This document shows, one piece after another, positions 1 through 12,300 of a DNA stretch of 64,000 bases (within the stretch, counting starts at the first letter, position 1; each line of letters begins with the position of its first letter). The position numbers and the translations under genes were made by a program. The notes under the pieces were generated by a model that worked only from the letters and a program-made list of their open reading frames with translations, was not told the origin of the DNA and did no database searches. The stretch spans positions 1 to 64,000 of the forward strand of contig CAZAIK010000002.1 in NCBI GenBank assembly GCA_964485195.1. Direction: 5' to 3'. Source of the DNA: an uncultured Methanosarcinales archaeon. Its GTDB lineage: Archaea; Nanobdellota; Nanobdellia; Woesearchaeales; CAIVOO01.

Positions 1-1006
<1,006 letters not shown>

Positions 1007-1160
1007 TTTTCCTATGGCCGCAGGATCTTTCAGGATATCCAAAACTCAGTAATTCATACTTAACTGAATGTTAAGCATACATTTCTTTCTCGTGGAGGTG
1101 ATAGAGTTCACGGGAAAAATACGGCTCTTTTTAAATTTAAGTATATATGTTAGAAGTCTA

Positions 1161-1265
1161 TCAAGCTTGCGCTCTCCTTCTCCTTTTCTCTTTTTTCATC
1201 TTCTTGCGCTGCCATTTCCAGCGCATCTGTCCTTTTTTTTTCCAACGCCGCGAACTCCTTTTCAT
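1161..1265 (-). CDS. rpl41e: Ribosomal protein eL41 (L41e), 34 aa; not in ORF track
   Basis: Manual translation MKRSSRRWKKKGQMRWKWQRKKMKKEKRRRRAQA matches the long archaeal L41e pattern. Confidence 0.88.
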   Translation of the reverse strand: MKRSSRRWKKKGQMRWKWQRKKMKKEKRRRRAQA

Positions 1266-1356
1266 TTTAAAAGAAGTTAACAGGTCATTTATAAACGTTT
1301 CGTATATAAAACTGAAAATAAAAAGATTTATAATTTAGCTGGTTTTTTAAAGGAAA

Positions 1357-1665
1357 ATGCCTGTTGCAAAGAAAAAGACCGCAAAGAAGGAAGTGAAAAA
1401 GGCTGCTAAAACCTCTAAAAAGTCCGAGCCAAAGATAAATATATACTCCACACCCACCTGCCCATACTGCAAGCAGGCTAAAGAGTTTCTTAAAAAGAAT
1501 AATATATCATTTAAGGACATTAATGTTGCAGAAGACCAGAAAAAAGCCAGGGAAATGGTAGAAAAGTCAGGACAATTCGGGGTTCCGGTAATAGAGATAG
1601 GAAAGAAGATAATAGTGGGATTCCAAAAAGACGAACTAAAGGAAGCATTGAAAATCAAGGGATAA
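1357..1665 (+). CDS. Glutaredoxin/NrdH-redoxin-like protein with Lys/Ala-rich N-terminal extension
   Basis: YSTPTCPYC active site, GQFGVPVI, IIVGF. Confidence 0.9.
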   Translation: MPVAKKKTAKKEVKKAAKTSKKSEPKINIYSTPTCPYCKQAKEFLKKNNISFKDINVAEDQKKAREMVEKSGQFGVPVIEIGKKIIVGFQKDELKEALKIKG

Positions 1666-1671
1666 CAAAGA

Positions 1672-1860
1672 ATGGGAAGAATAAAAACACAGCCTGTCAA
1701 AAGGGCGACCAATGAAATCTTTGAGAAATACAAAGAAGAAATAAGCAGGGACTATGAGAAAAACAAGGAATTCCTGAAAGGAATGGAAATTCATTCAAAG
1801 AAGATAAGGAACATAATCGCGGGTTACTTAACGCGGCTTGCAAAAGCACAAGGAATCTAG
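1672..1860 (+). CDS. rps17e: 30S ribosomal protein S17e
   Basis: MGRIK...SKKIRNIIAGYLTR. Confidence 0.95.
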   Translation: MGRIKTQPVKRATNEIFEKYKEEISRDYEKNKEFLKGMEIHSKKIRNIIAGYLTRLAKAQGI

Positions 1861-1871
1861 GGGTGAGAAAA

Positions 1872-2201
1872 ATGGCAGAAGACAACGCAATGCTGATAGG
1901 GACAAAGCCTTTTATGAACTACGTTACCGGCGTGGTTATGCAGTTCACTACAAAGGGCGCCAATGAAGTGGTAATAAAAGCCAGAGGAAAATTCATTTAC
2001 AGGGCTGTGGACGTGGCAGAGGTAGTAAGGAAAAGGTTCCTCACAGACCAGGTGGACGTTACAAAGATAGAGATTGGGTCAGAGGAGTTCAAGAACAAGG
2101 AAGGGAAGGAAGTCAGGGTGTCAACAATAGAGATTACGCTTTCCAAGAAATCAGGCGCAGAGATGTCCGGCAAAGAAAAGGAAAAACCTTCTGAAGCCTG
2201 A
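1872..2201 (+). CDS. albA: DNA/RNA-binding protein Alba
   Basis: IGTKPFMNYV, IKARGKFIYRAVDVAE, VSTIEITL; ATG 1872 follows a GGGGTGA SD-like motif. Confidence 0.95.
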   Translation: MAEDNAMLIGTKPFMNYVTGVVMQFTTKGANEVVIKARGKFIYRAVDVAEVVRKRFLTDQVDVTKIEIGSEEFKNKEGKEVRVSTIEITLSKKSGAEMSGKEKEKPSEA

Positions 2202-2203
2202 CT

Positions 2204-3625
2204 TCAAAAAGGCAGCTTGAAACTTTTTCTTCCCTTGAACCTTTTGAATTTTTTCTTGTATTCCACTGGTATTTTCGCTTCTTTTTCGTGAGCAGAGACA
2301 GGTGGGAAAACCCCGCATCCTGCACAGAAAACAATGTTTCCTATTTCTCCGCAAATCCCTCCCTTTTTTGGGTCAGCAAATCTCTTTAAAAAATCTTTAT
2401 GTATCTTCCTTGGGATCAGCCTGTGCTGTCCTGAATTCTTGGTATATGTTCCTTCCTGAGGGTCGTTTCCCAGAAAGGATGATTGTTTGGGATCTGCAAT
2501 CAGCCTGTTCCAGTTTTTGCCCAGCTTTTCTGCAACCTTTGAATTCATAATTCTCAGTGGGTTGAAGATTGTGGGAATGTCATAATTCTCATACAAACCC
2601 ATTATCCTCATTGCAAACCCACTTGGCGGGACAGGGGCTTCCTGCACCAGCCTGGTCAGAACATTAACCCCTGCCTTTTTGTACCTGACAGCGTTCTCTA
2701 TCCTGAACTCATTGTCCCTTCCCCAGGCAAGAGGGCCGTGTTCCATCTCCTCATACCCGAAACTGTACTGGAGAACGCTGCCTGTTTTTTTCAGTGCATT
2801 TGCCATTCCCGGAATGAAAGGAAGGTATTTTGTGACCATAACAACCCCGAAATTATGCTTTTTCCCCAGCTCCAGCAAATGCATATTGTGCTCATAAAGC
2901 CATTCGTGCGCAGGGTCAGAATTCTTTCCCAGCCTGATGAACCTTACCTTGCCCTGCTCAGCTTCTATTTTCTTAATCTGCTCTTCGAGATGGGAAGCCT
3001 TGAACTGCTTTAGCCTCACCCCCCCGTAATTACCAAAGGAATAGCAGTATTCGCATCCCGTTGTCAGGTCGTGGGTTATGTTTCCCTGAAGATTCCTGGT
3101 GTAACTCACGCACCCCAGTGTGAAGTCAATATTGTGCACTCCTGTCCTGCACAGGGCATCAAATTCCCCCTTGCCAGTCTCTATTTCCACCTTTTTTTCA
3201 ATAACAACAGGCAGTATGGCGTTGGAGACGGAATCGAAATGGGGCTTTGCAGAGCTCAAGTCATTTCCGCAGTATGAAAGCACGTCTGCCCTGACATTTC
3301 TTTTAACCTCCCCCTCCAATTTCCTGCTTATCCTTTCATCAAGGGAATAAACAATCGCTTTTTTTCCTTCAAGAACCTTGCCAGGGTCGTGATAGGCAAA
3401 GTTGTTCAGGATGTTGAAGGGCGCGCCTTCAAGTTTTCTTTCGGGAAGCCATATGTCTATTCTTGCAATCGGAAACCCTTCGCCTTTGCGGTACCAGGCA
3501 GAGCCCAGATGCTTCGCATTTATGTCAGAAACTGCGGGAAATGCGCTGATGTACTGGGGCACCTTCCCGTAAATGTGTGCTGTTGGACCGGCGCTTGTGT
3601 CAAAAATCCTGCATTTAATCTCCAT
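2204..3625 (-). CDS. Radical SAM-like protein (spore photoproduct lyase-like) with atypical CX18CX2C motif and uncharacterised N-terminal domain
   Basis: DFTLGC-x18-CEYCY, IRLGKNSDP, VMVTK; C-terminal C-x8-CxxC. Confidence 0.55.
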   Translation of the reverse strand: MEIKCRIFDTSAGPTAHIYGKVPQYISAFPAVSDINAKHLGSAWYRKGEGFPIARIDIWLPERKLEGAPFNILNNFAYHDPGKVLEGKKAIVYSLDERISRKLEGEVKRNVRADVLSYCGNDLSSAKPHFDSVSNAILPVVIEKKVEIETGKGEFDALCRTGVHNIDFTLGCVSYTRNLQGNITHDLTTGCEYCYSFGNYGGVRLKQFKASHLEEQIKKIEAEQGKVRFIRLGKNSDPAHEWLYEHNMHLLELGKKHNFGVVMVTKYLPFIPGMANALKKTGSVLQYSFGYEEMEHGPLAWGRDNEFRIENAVRYKKAGVNVLTRLVQEAPVPPSGFAMRIMGLYENYDIPTIFNPLRIMNSKVAEKLGKNWNRLIADPKQSSFLGNDPQEGTYTKNSGQHRLIPRKIHKDFLKRFADPKKGGICGEIGNIVFCAGCGVFPPVSAHEKEAKIPVEYKKKFKRFKGRKSFKLPF

Positions 3626-3697
3626 ATCCTTTATTCTGGTTAAAAAAGAATATAAACCTTGAGTTAAATTTATAAATAGAAGAAGCCAATTAAATTT

Positions 3698-4303
3698 ATG
3701 TGGCCTTTTAGCAGACTTTCACCAAGAACGAGAAGATTGTTGGCGGCATTCGCGATTGCCGCGAGACTGCTTTTTTCTTCTGAAACTGCACTGGCTGAGA
3801 GTCCTGCAGCAAAAGCAGGATGGGCAGAAGTTGAAAAGGCAAAGGAAAGATACGCAAAAAATAAAAATCCTGAAAATGAAAAGATACTTGTAGCTGCATT
3901 GCAAAGGCTGATAAACCTGCTGAAAAAGGATGCTGAAAAAATGCCCCCTGAAAAGAGGGAAAAGGCAGAGGAGCAGATAGAAAGGCTGGAAAAAATACTT
4001 GCCACGTTTTCTGCAACTGAGATAGAATCAAGGGAGATACATCCCAAGGCGCTTGTTGCCATTAACAGTGAATCGCAGAAAATGCTCTCAGAGGATTATG
4101 AGATTAAGGGACCTCTCACAGTCACAATAAACAAGGAAACAATAATCCTGCTTACTGACAAGGAACTTAAAAAAATATATGAGCAGATCGGGAAAATAAA
4201 AAACCTTCAGACCAGAAAGAATGTGGCACAGCTGAGAATGAAAACTGCCCTTTCCAAAAAGCCGAAAGTTCTTGAGCAGCTTCAGGAAGCAGAGCAGGAA
4301 TGA
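3698..4303 (+). CDS. Hypothetical exported helical protein
   Basis: RTRRLL plus hydrophobic stretch and ALA cleavage-like site; TATA-like box upstream. Confidence 0.6.
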   Translation: MWPFSRLSPRTRRLLAAFAIAARLLFSSETALAESPAAKAGWAEVEKAKERYAKNKNPENEKILVAALQRLINLLKKDAEKMPPEKREKAEEQIERLEKILATFSATEIESREIHPKALVAINSESQKMLSEDYEIKGPLTVTINKETIILLTDKELKKIYEQIGKIKNLQTRKNVAQLRMKTALSKKPKVLEQLQEAEQE

Positions 4304-5073
4304 CCTTTCCAAACATTAAAGGCAAGCACAAGCACAACTCAATGGTTTCTCCGAAGGACTTCATTAAATACAAAAAGTGGTTGAGGCAGTTCCCTTCTGG
4401 AAATCCGCCTGAAGGGGTTATTATCTGCTATCACAAACCCTTATTCAAGAGGATAATCTCCAGGCATAAGACTAAAAAAAGCCCTTTCTGGACAGGAGAG
4501 CTGCATTTTCTCAAGGAAACAAAAAACAAATTAGCAATTGTTGGAAAATTCGGGATAGGCTCCCCTGTCGCAGCAATAACACTTGAAGAGCTGATAGCCT
4601 TCGGGGTGAAAAAATTCATAACAGTCGGAACTGCAGGAACACTCAGCAAAGAGCTGAAGGTGGGGGACATAGTATTGTGCAACAAATCTGTTCGTGATGA
4701 GGGGACAAGCCATCACTACATCAAGTATGCAAAGTATGCTTACCCTTCAGATAAAATGCTAAAAAAGTTAAAGAAATATATGGATGAGAATAAAATAAAA
4801 TATTTTCTTGGGCCCAGCTGGACCATAGACGCACCTTACAGGGAAACAGTAGAGGAGGCCAGGCATTACCAAAATGAGGGAGTGCTTGTGGTTGAGATGG
4901 AAGCATCTGCATTGTTCTCAGTTGCGCAGGTAAGGAATGTTGAAATTGCAGCATTATTCGCGATAAGCGATTCCCTGGCTGAGCTGAAATGGAAGCCGAA
5001 ATTCCATTCAAAAAAACTGCAAAAAAGCGTTGAGAACCTTTATGAGATTGCCAGAGATATTTTGATGGCTTAA
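4300..5073 (+). CDS. Nucleoside phosphorylase (PNP/UDP family)
   Basis: GIGSP, VGTAG, RDEGTSHHY, TIDAPYRE, VEMEAS, ISD. Confidence 0.92.
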   Translation: MTFPNIKGKHKHNSMVSPKDFIKYKKWLRQFPSGNPPEGVIICYHKPLFKRIISRHKTKKSPFWTGELHFLKETKNKLAIVGKFGIGSPVAAITLEELIAFGVKKFITVGTAGTLSKELKVGDIVLCNKSVRDEGTSHHYIKYAKYAYPSDKMLKKLKKYMDENKIKYFLGPSWTIDAPYRETVEEARHYQNEGVLVVEMEASALFSVAQVRNVEIAALFAISDSLAELKWKPKFHSKKLQKSVENLYEIARDILMA

Positions 5074-5134
5074 TTTTCCTGTGTCTCTTTCACTACAAAC
5101 TAATTATTTAAACTGCTTGGGGAAACTTCTTACT

Positions 5135-5346
5135 ATGGAGATTATCTACACTTCCCACGCTGAAGACCGGATTGAAGAACGTAAAATAGAAAAAATCTGG
5201 ATAGAAGAAACAATAAAACTCCCTGCTTAACAAGAAGAAACAGAAACAAGTACTATGCAACCAAAAAGCTTAATGGTAAAATATTAAAAGTTGTCTTTGT
5301 CAAGGAAAAGTATATAAAGGTAATAACCTCTTATTTTGTAAAATGA
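5135..5346 (+). pseudogene. DUF4258 (RelE/BrnT-like) toxin, frameshifted
   Basis: MEIIYTSHAEDRIEERKI...KLPA* continues in another frame as LTRRNRNKYY...LKVVFVKEKYIKVITSYFVK*; stop overlaps the next ATG (ATGA). Confidence 0.8.
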
Positions 5347-5549
5347 GAATAAAATATGACCCGGAAGCGGACGCTATATACATCAAGCTGAGGGACAGTA
5401 AAGTTCACAGCACAAAAGAAATAGGTGAGAACACTGTTCTTGACTTTGACGAATCAGGAGAGGTAATCGGGATTGAGATATTATTTGTCAGGGAAAGAAA
5501 TCCGGATATTTTGAGGGAATTGCAGGTTGAAAATTTAATTTCTGCTTAA
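5343..5549 (+). CDS. DUF2283 family putative antitoxin
   Basis: YDPEADAIYI...LDFDESGEVIGIEIL. Confidence 0.9.
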   Translation: MRIKYDPEADAIYIKLRDSKVHSTKEIGENTVLDFDESGEVIGIEILFVRERNPDILRELQVENLISA

Positions 5550-5552
5550 AAA

Positions 5553-6128
5553 ATGATATTGCCAATAACAAGAGAGCAGGCCATAGAGCTTTTGGAAAAG
5601 TACAACAAGGACAAGTCAGACTTTCCCCATTATCTTGAGAGTGAGGCAATAATGGGAGCGCTTGCTGAGAAACTGGGAGAGGACAAGGATTACTGGAAAA
5701 TGCTTGGACTGCTTCATGATGTGGATTGGGGCATAACGAAGAACAATCCTGAAGAGCATTTGACAAAAGCCCCTGGAATTTTAAGGGAAGCTGGCTTTGA
5801 CGATGAGTTTATCCAGATTGTCCTGTCGCACGGATACGGGTTTGAATGCGCAGGGCTGAAGGAAAAGAAGAGGACGAGAAAGGTGGAGCACGCCCTTGCA
5901 GCTGCAGAGACAGTGACCGGGCTGATACACGCATATGCCCTGATGAGAGGAAGCCTGGAAGGTATGAAAGTCTCAGGCCTTAAGAAGAAAATGAAGGACA
6001 AGAGGTTTGCAGCGGCGATAAGCAGGAACATCATTATGGAGTGCGAACAGCTCGGCCTGACCCTGGATGAATTCCTTGAAATTGCCATAAAGGCGGTGCA
6101 GTCAATAGCAAAAGATGTTGGGTTTTAG
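5553..6128 (+). CDS. HD-superfamily (HDIG-type) hydrolase
   Basis: H..ESEA, GLLHDVDW, SHG, KDKRFAA. Confidence 0.88.
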   Translation: MILPITREQAIELLEKYNKDKSDFPHYLESEAIMGALAEKLGEDKDYWKMLGLLHDVDWGITKNNPEEHLTKAPGILREAGFDDEFIQIVLSHGYGFECAGLKEKKRTRKVEHALAAAETVTGLIHAYALMRGSLEGMKVSGLKKKMKDKRFAAAISRNIIMECEQLGLTLDEFLEIAIKAVQSIAKDVGF

Positions 6129-6179
6129 CCTTTTTCCTGCTTCTATTTTAAGGGGTTAATTCAAGTTAATTGTGCAAAA

Positions 6180-6277
6180 GCTGGTGCTGCGCTCCGTTCG
6201 ATTATTTAATCGCTTCTGAACCCGATTCATTTGTAATCTGAAGGTTTTGGTTGGCAACTGCGCCAGGCAGCACCAGC
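6180..6277. ncRNA. Candidate structured small RNA (~98 nt), family unassigned
   Basis: Perfect 11-bp terminal stem GCTGGTGCTGC/GCAGCACCAGC enclosing three further hairpins; relatively GC-rich island in an AT-rich intergenic region. Confidence 0.45.
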
Positions 6278-6360
6278 GCTAACATAGAATACTTGACTTT
6301 ACCCTTTTAAGGTTATATTTATAAAGGTAAAATGTTTAAAGACTGCTTAGAGGTGTTTTT

Positions 6361-9300
6361 TTGTCAAGAAAAGCTAATGCAGGCATTTTAGGAGCTGTAG
6401 CAGTGGGATTTGCCCTGCTTTTGGCTGTTGTCTCCCTCAACTTGGACTATACAGGTTTTGCTGCCTATGGCGGTGATGGAAGTACAGACTGCGGCAAATC
6501 TGTTAATGAGACTTCAGAATTGGAGGGGGACATTACTGACTGTCCTGGAGTAGGGCTTCATATAAACGCTTCTGATATTACTCTAAGGTGTCAGGGCTAT
6601 TCGATAACGCACGATTCAAACCCTCCCCCACCTTCACATTTTGGAATAAATGTTTCTGGTTTTAACAACGTCACCATTAAAGATTGCAATATAGTGGGCT
6701 TTTATTCCGGAATTTATCTTAGTTCAACCTATAACATTTCTTTAAGAAACAATAATGTCACTAACAATTATCATGGGGGCATTGTTTTGAAATTTGCCAA
6801 CAACACTCATATTACTGGAGGGAGGTTTTACAATAACAGCCCTGATTTTATAGTGGATAACACTGGCGAATCGCCATTTTTCTTCAATATGTCCCATTCA
6901 GTATTTGACAGCCCTTCAGGGCTCTTGGAAAATTACACCGAGCTGAGCATTGACGACTCTATACTGGCTAATAGGGCATATGCTGTGAGCTGGTCCAATG
7001 CTTCAGGACCCCTTCCTGAAGACCACATTAGTTTTGAGAACAAGTATGTAGAAATAAGGCTTTACGACTTTTCAGACCCAGTAAGTATTGATTCTGTAAC
7101 CTGGCACTGGAGTGAAGGAGGGACTCCTTCTTACAACCCTTCAAAATTTGAGTTGTGGGCTTTTGAGGAGGATTCCTGGAAGCTGAAAAACAACAGCCCG
7201 GGGGAAGGTCACATAGGCTTGTCAAACTTTAACCCTCAGAGTATTTATGGAATACTGCAAAATAACAATTTAACCTGTAACAGCATAGTAACATCAAGCG
7301 CAACTATGGATGAGGATTTGATAAACTGCACCGGCGTAGGGTTGCATATCAACGCTTCTGACATCACTCTTGACTGCGCTGGTTATTGGATAAGGTTTAA
7401 TGAGAGTTTAAGTCCAATGCTATACCAGGATATTGGCATAAATGTATCTAATAAGGAAAACATTACCATTAAAAACTGTAATGTTGAAGGGTTTAGCCAG
7501 GGTCTCTATTTTAGACACACACACAATTTCACAATCATTAACAACACCGTTTTTAATTCATCTGATTATGGCTTTGATCTTTTTCAGTCCTCAAACAACT
7601 CTTTCATTAACAATTCTGCTCACTCTTCCAGTCAGACTACAGGATTTAACTTCTTTGACAATTGTAATAATAACATTATTCTAAACAACTCAGCTTCCGG
7701 CGCCAATGGTGCCGGATTTGACGTTGCAGACTCTGCGAATAATACGCTTTACAACAACACAGCTTTCAGTAATTCGCAGGGGTTTCATTTTCTTGATGCT
7801 TACAACCTAAAAATGGATAATAACATAGCTTACAATAATACAAATGATGTCCGCTTTTATGGTTTTGACTCTTTCGGGTTTAATATGACTGATATGTATT
7901 TTCTTAACCCTGCAGGAAGTTTTGATAATTATACCAGGCTTTCTATAGAAGACTTTGTCGGATCAAGTACCCAGTATTATATTAACTGGTCTGCTAATTC
8001 TTCTGGATTGCCTTACCTTCGTTCCAGTTTTGCCAACAAGTTTGTGGATATTGTTAATTATTCCGGCAGCGTCAGCATTGATTCAATAAACTGGAGCTGG
8101 GATGAATCAGAGCTTTCTGGTTATGACGAGTCTCGTTTTGAGTTATGGAAATACAACAGCACTAATGAATGGGAATTGCTGAATGACAGCCCTGACACAA
8201 CTAATAATGTTCTTGGCTTGTCCAGTTTGAATCCTGCCAGCACCTACGGAATATTGCAGCGTTCATTGTTGGACTGTGGTGATCTTGTTAATGAGAATAC
8301 TGTTTTGGAAGCTAACTTGACAAACTGCAGTGACGTTGGATTGCATATTAATACATCTGATGTTACCCTTGACTGCGCTGGTTATCATATTCTTTTTAAC
8401 AAGAGCTTGAGCCCCGGAAGCTCTGATTATGCCATTAATGTTACTGGGTTTGACAATGTCACTGTTAACAATTGTAATGTTAAGGGATTTAATTATGGTT
8501 TTTACCTTGATAGTGCTGATAACGCTACTTTAGTGAATAATACTGCTAATAACAATACAATAGGTTTTCAGTTTTCATCGTCAAGCAGGGAGAGTGTTTT
8601 GATTAACAACTCTGCTGTTTTAAACACCCAAAAGGGCTTTTATATAGCTGGTTATAGCCACTCTGCCAGCCTGATAAATAATTCTGCTTTTGGAAATGGG
8701 CGCGGAATTGAAATACACGATTCTGTGGCTGACCTGAATGGAAATAAATTATATGATAACAGCTATGACCTTTATGTAAATTTTGAAACTATAGGGCAGG
8801 TCTTCAAAATGACTAATGCTTTTTTTCTAAACCCTTCCGGAACTTTGGAAAACTATACTGTTCTGGATATTTATGATAGCCTGAACATCGGCGACGAGTA
8901 TTTCATTAACTGGTCTGTTAATTCTTCTGCCTTGCCTGCTAATCGTGAGAGCTTCGCAAATAAGTTCGTTGACATTGTTAACACGACAGGCAGCATTAGC
9001 ATTAATAAAATAAATTGGAGCTGGGATGAATCAGAGCTTTCTGGTTATGACGAGTCTTTGTTTGAGCTGTGGGTGTATAACAGCACAAATCAGTGGGAAT
9101 TGCTGAATGACAGCCCTGACACAACTAATAATGTTCTTGGCTTGTCCAGTTTGAATCCTGCCAGCACCTACGGAATACTGCAGGAAACTCTTTTTGTGAA
9201 CCTCACAGTTAACATAACATCCCCTGCAAATAACTCTGTTTTCAATATAAGCGACGAGTTCAAGGTTTACGCTAACATAACCAACAACGGCACAGGCAAC

Positions 9301-12300
9301 GCGACAGGGTGCAATGCCAGCTTAAGCATCACAAATGAGTCTGTTATTAACATAACATCAACTGAAACCTTCCTACATACTCTGGGAAATATTACGGCAG
9401 GCAATTCCACAGTTGAAACCTGGAATTTAACCGCAGAGCTGATAGGCAAAGTGAACATAACAGTTAATTTAAGCTGTGACACAAACTCTTCATACGACGC
9501 TGTTCACAACATATCAGTCCAGGATGTTTCAGCTCCTTTCTTAACAGTCCAGGAGCCTGTGAATGATTCTTGGTATGGTAGTGATGTTATGGATTTGAAT
9601 TTTACTGTTTCTGATGTTTATTTGGATAGCTGCTGGTTTGTTAATGTTACTGGTCAGAATGAAACGCTTATGAATTGTCAAAACGTTTCTTTTACTGCTT
9701 TGGAAGGGAATAATAATGTTACTGTTTATGCGAATGATACATCTAATAATGTGAATTCTTCTCAGGTGTTTTTTTATGTTGATTCTGTTAGTCCTGTTAT
9801 AACTGTAAGTTCTCCGGTGAATAACACGAATTATACTTACACAAATATTGACTTGAATTTTACTGTTAGTGATGTTAGTCTTGATAGTTGTTGGTTTACT
9901 AATGTGACTGGTCAGGACATTGCCTTGTCAGGCTGTGCCAATGTAACGTTCACGGCTTTGCAGGGTGATAATAACGTAACTGTTTATGCTAATGATTCTG
10001 CTGATAATGTGAATTCTTCTCAGGTGTTCTTCTTTGTTGACAGCCTGCCCCCTATATTTGACAATGCAAATATCTTGCCCCCAGCGGATTCCGAGTTTAA
10101 TCAGACAGATACAGTCAGGCTGCAGGTTAATGTTTCTGAAAGCAGTGATGTTACTGCTAACATTACCTGGAATTCTAACTCGGAAATTGTTAATTTGTCT
10201 TACAACGGCACTGATTGGTTTTATAACTCAACATTTAACAATACCTTTTTTGTGGGACTGTATAATGTAACTTTTAATGCTACTGATGTTTTTGGCAACG
10301 GCAATGTTTCATATACCAACTTTACTGTGAATGACGTTACAGCTCCTCTTGTTGTTAATGTGACTCCTGAAGTAGGGAGCAACTATACGAATGGAACTGC
10401 GGTTGATATAACTGCCAATGCCACCGACCCTTTCTATAACAACTTGGATGTTGTCCAGGTTAATGTTACCTGGGCTATGGGCAGTTTTCAGGGTGTGATG
10501 GACAACGATTCTGAAATCTATAATTACACTTTCACGAACACGGCAGGATATCTTGGTGTCTATAATGTAACCATAATCGCTAATGATACTTCTGGCAATG
10601 TTAATGATACAGAAACTACCTGGTTTAACATTACGAGAATAAATGCTGCTCCGGTTGTTATCTTGAACAAGCCTGATAACAACGCCCAGGTAAACAATAC
10701 CAACAATGTTACTTTGAATTTCACAGTGACTGATGAGTTTAATCTTACTTTAATCTGCGGTTTATACGTCAACGGCAACCTGAATCAGACTAACACTTCT
10801 GTGCAGAATAACACTATTACAAATTTTTATGTAAATGTAACTCTTGGGGGATATAACTGGAGCGTGAATTGTTCTGATGGGGACCTGAGCAATGCTTCTG
10901 GGACGAGAAACTTCACTGTGAATGATACTGTTGCTCCTGCTCTTGCTGTTCAGGAGCCTGTGAATGATTCTTGGTATGGTAGTGATGTTATGGATTTGAA
11001 TTTTACTGTTTCTGATGTTTATTTGGATAGCTGCTGGTTTGTTAATGTTACTGGTCAGAATGAAACGCTTATGAATTGTCAAAACGTTTCTTTTACTGCT
11101 TTGGAAGGGAATAATAATGTTACTGTTTATGCGAATGATACATCTAATAATGTGAATTCTTCTCAGGTGTTTTTTTATGTTGATTCTGTTAGTCCTGTTA
11201 TAACTGTAAGTTCTCCGGTGAATAACACGAATTATACTTACACAAATATTGACTTGAATTTTACTGTTAGTGATGTTAGTCTTGATAGTTGTTGGTTTAC
11301 TAATGTGACTGGTCAGGACATTGCCTTGTCAGGCTGTGCCAATGTAACGTTCACGGCTTTGCAGGGTGATAATAACGTAACTGTTTATGCTAATGATTCT
11401 GCTGATAATGTGAATTCTTCTCAGGTGTTCTTCTTTGTTGACAGCATTCCGCCGGGAGTGGAAAATGTGACTAATGTCAGCGTCACTAATGAAACTGCCA
11501 ATATAAGCTTTGACATTACAGAAAATGCCAACGGCACTGTTGATTACGGGACTACTCTTGCCCTGGGCAGTTCCGCTTTTAACCAGAGCTTTTCAACACC
11601 TCTTGTTGTGAATCTTGGCGGATTGTTAAACAACACTCTTTATTATTACAATGTCACCAGCTGTGATGTTTACGGAAACTGCAACGAGTCAGGAGTTTAC
11701 GATTTCACCACTTTGCAGAATCCTGACACCACTCCCCCTAAAGTCCTTAGCATCATTCCTTCTCCTGGCTCGCAGTTCAACCAGACAGATATCGTGACAA
11801 TTTCTGTCAATCTTTCAGAGCAAAGCAATGTAACTGCCACCATTTCCTGGCGTTCTGCTTCGATGGAGCTGAATTTGCCATACAACGGAACCGATTGGTG
11901 GTACAACAATACTTTTGGAAATACCACGCAGCCAGGGCTGTACAATGTGACAATTAATATGACCGATCAGGTGGGGAACAGCAACATAACCTCTGCCAAT
12001 TTCACTGTCAATGACCTAACTGCCCCTGCTGTAACCATAATTTCCCCTGATAAGGATGAATATGATAAAGATGAAAAAGTCCTTTTCAGCGTAAATGTCA
12101 CAGACGCTTATTATGACAGCGTGGATACAGTTTCGGCAAATATCTCTTTGCCGAATGGCTCGGCCATTTCTCTGAGTCTAGTTGAGGATGGAAACACTCA
12201 GGTATTCAACAACACTTTTAACAACACCAAATCAGCAGGCTTGTATAATTTCACTGTCCTCGCAAATGACACCAGTAGAAACATTAATGTCTCTTCAGGA

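Noticed and set aside
6180..6285. tmRNA-like reading (GGUGCUG/CAGCACC-A stem plus an ANQN.. short ORF)
   Set aside because: Too short, no T-arm beside the acceptor stem, no G3-U70 pair, and tmRNA is not known in archaea.
9550..11445. DGR template/variable repeat pair
   Set aside because: The copies are identical with no adenine-specific mismatches, and there is no reverse transcriptase in the window.
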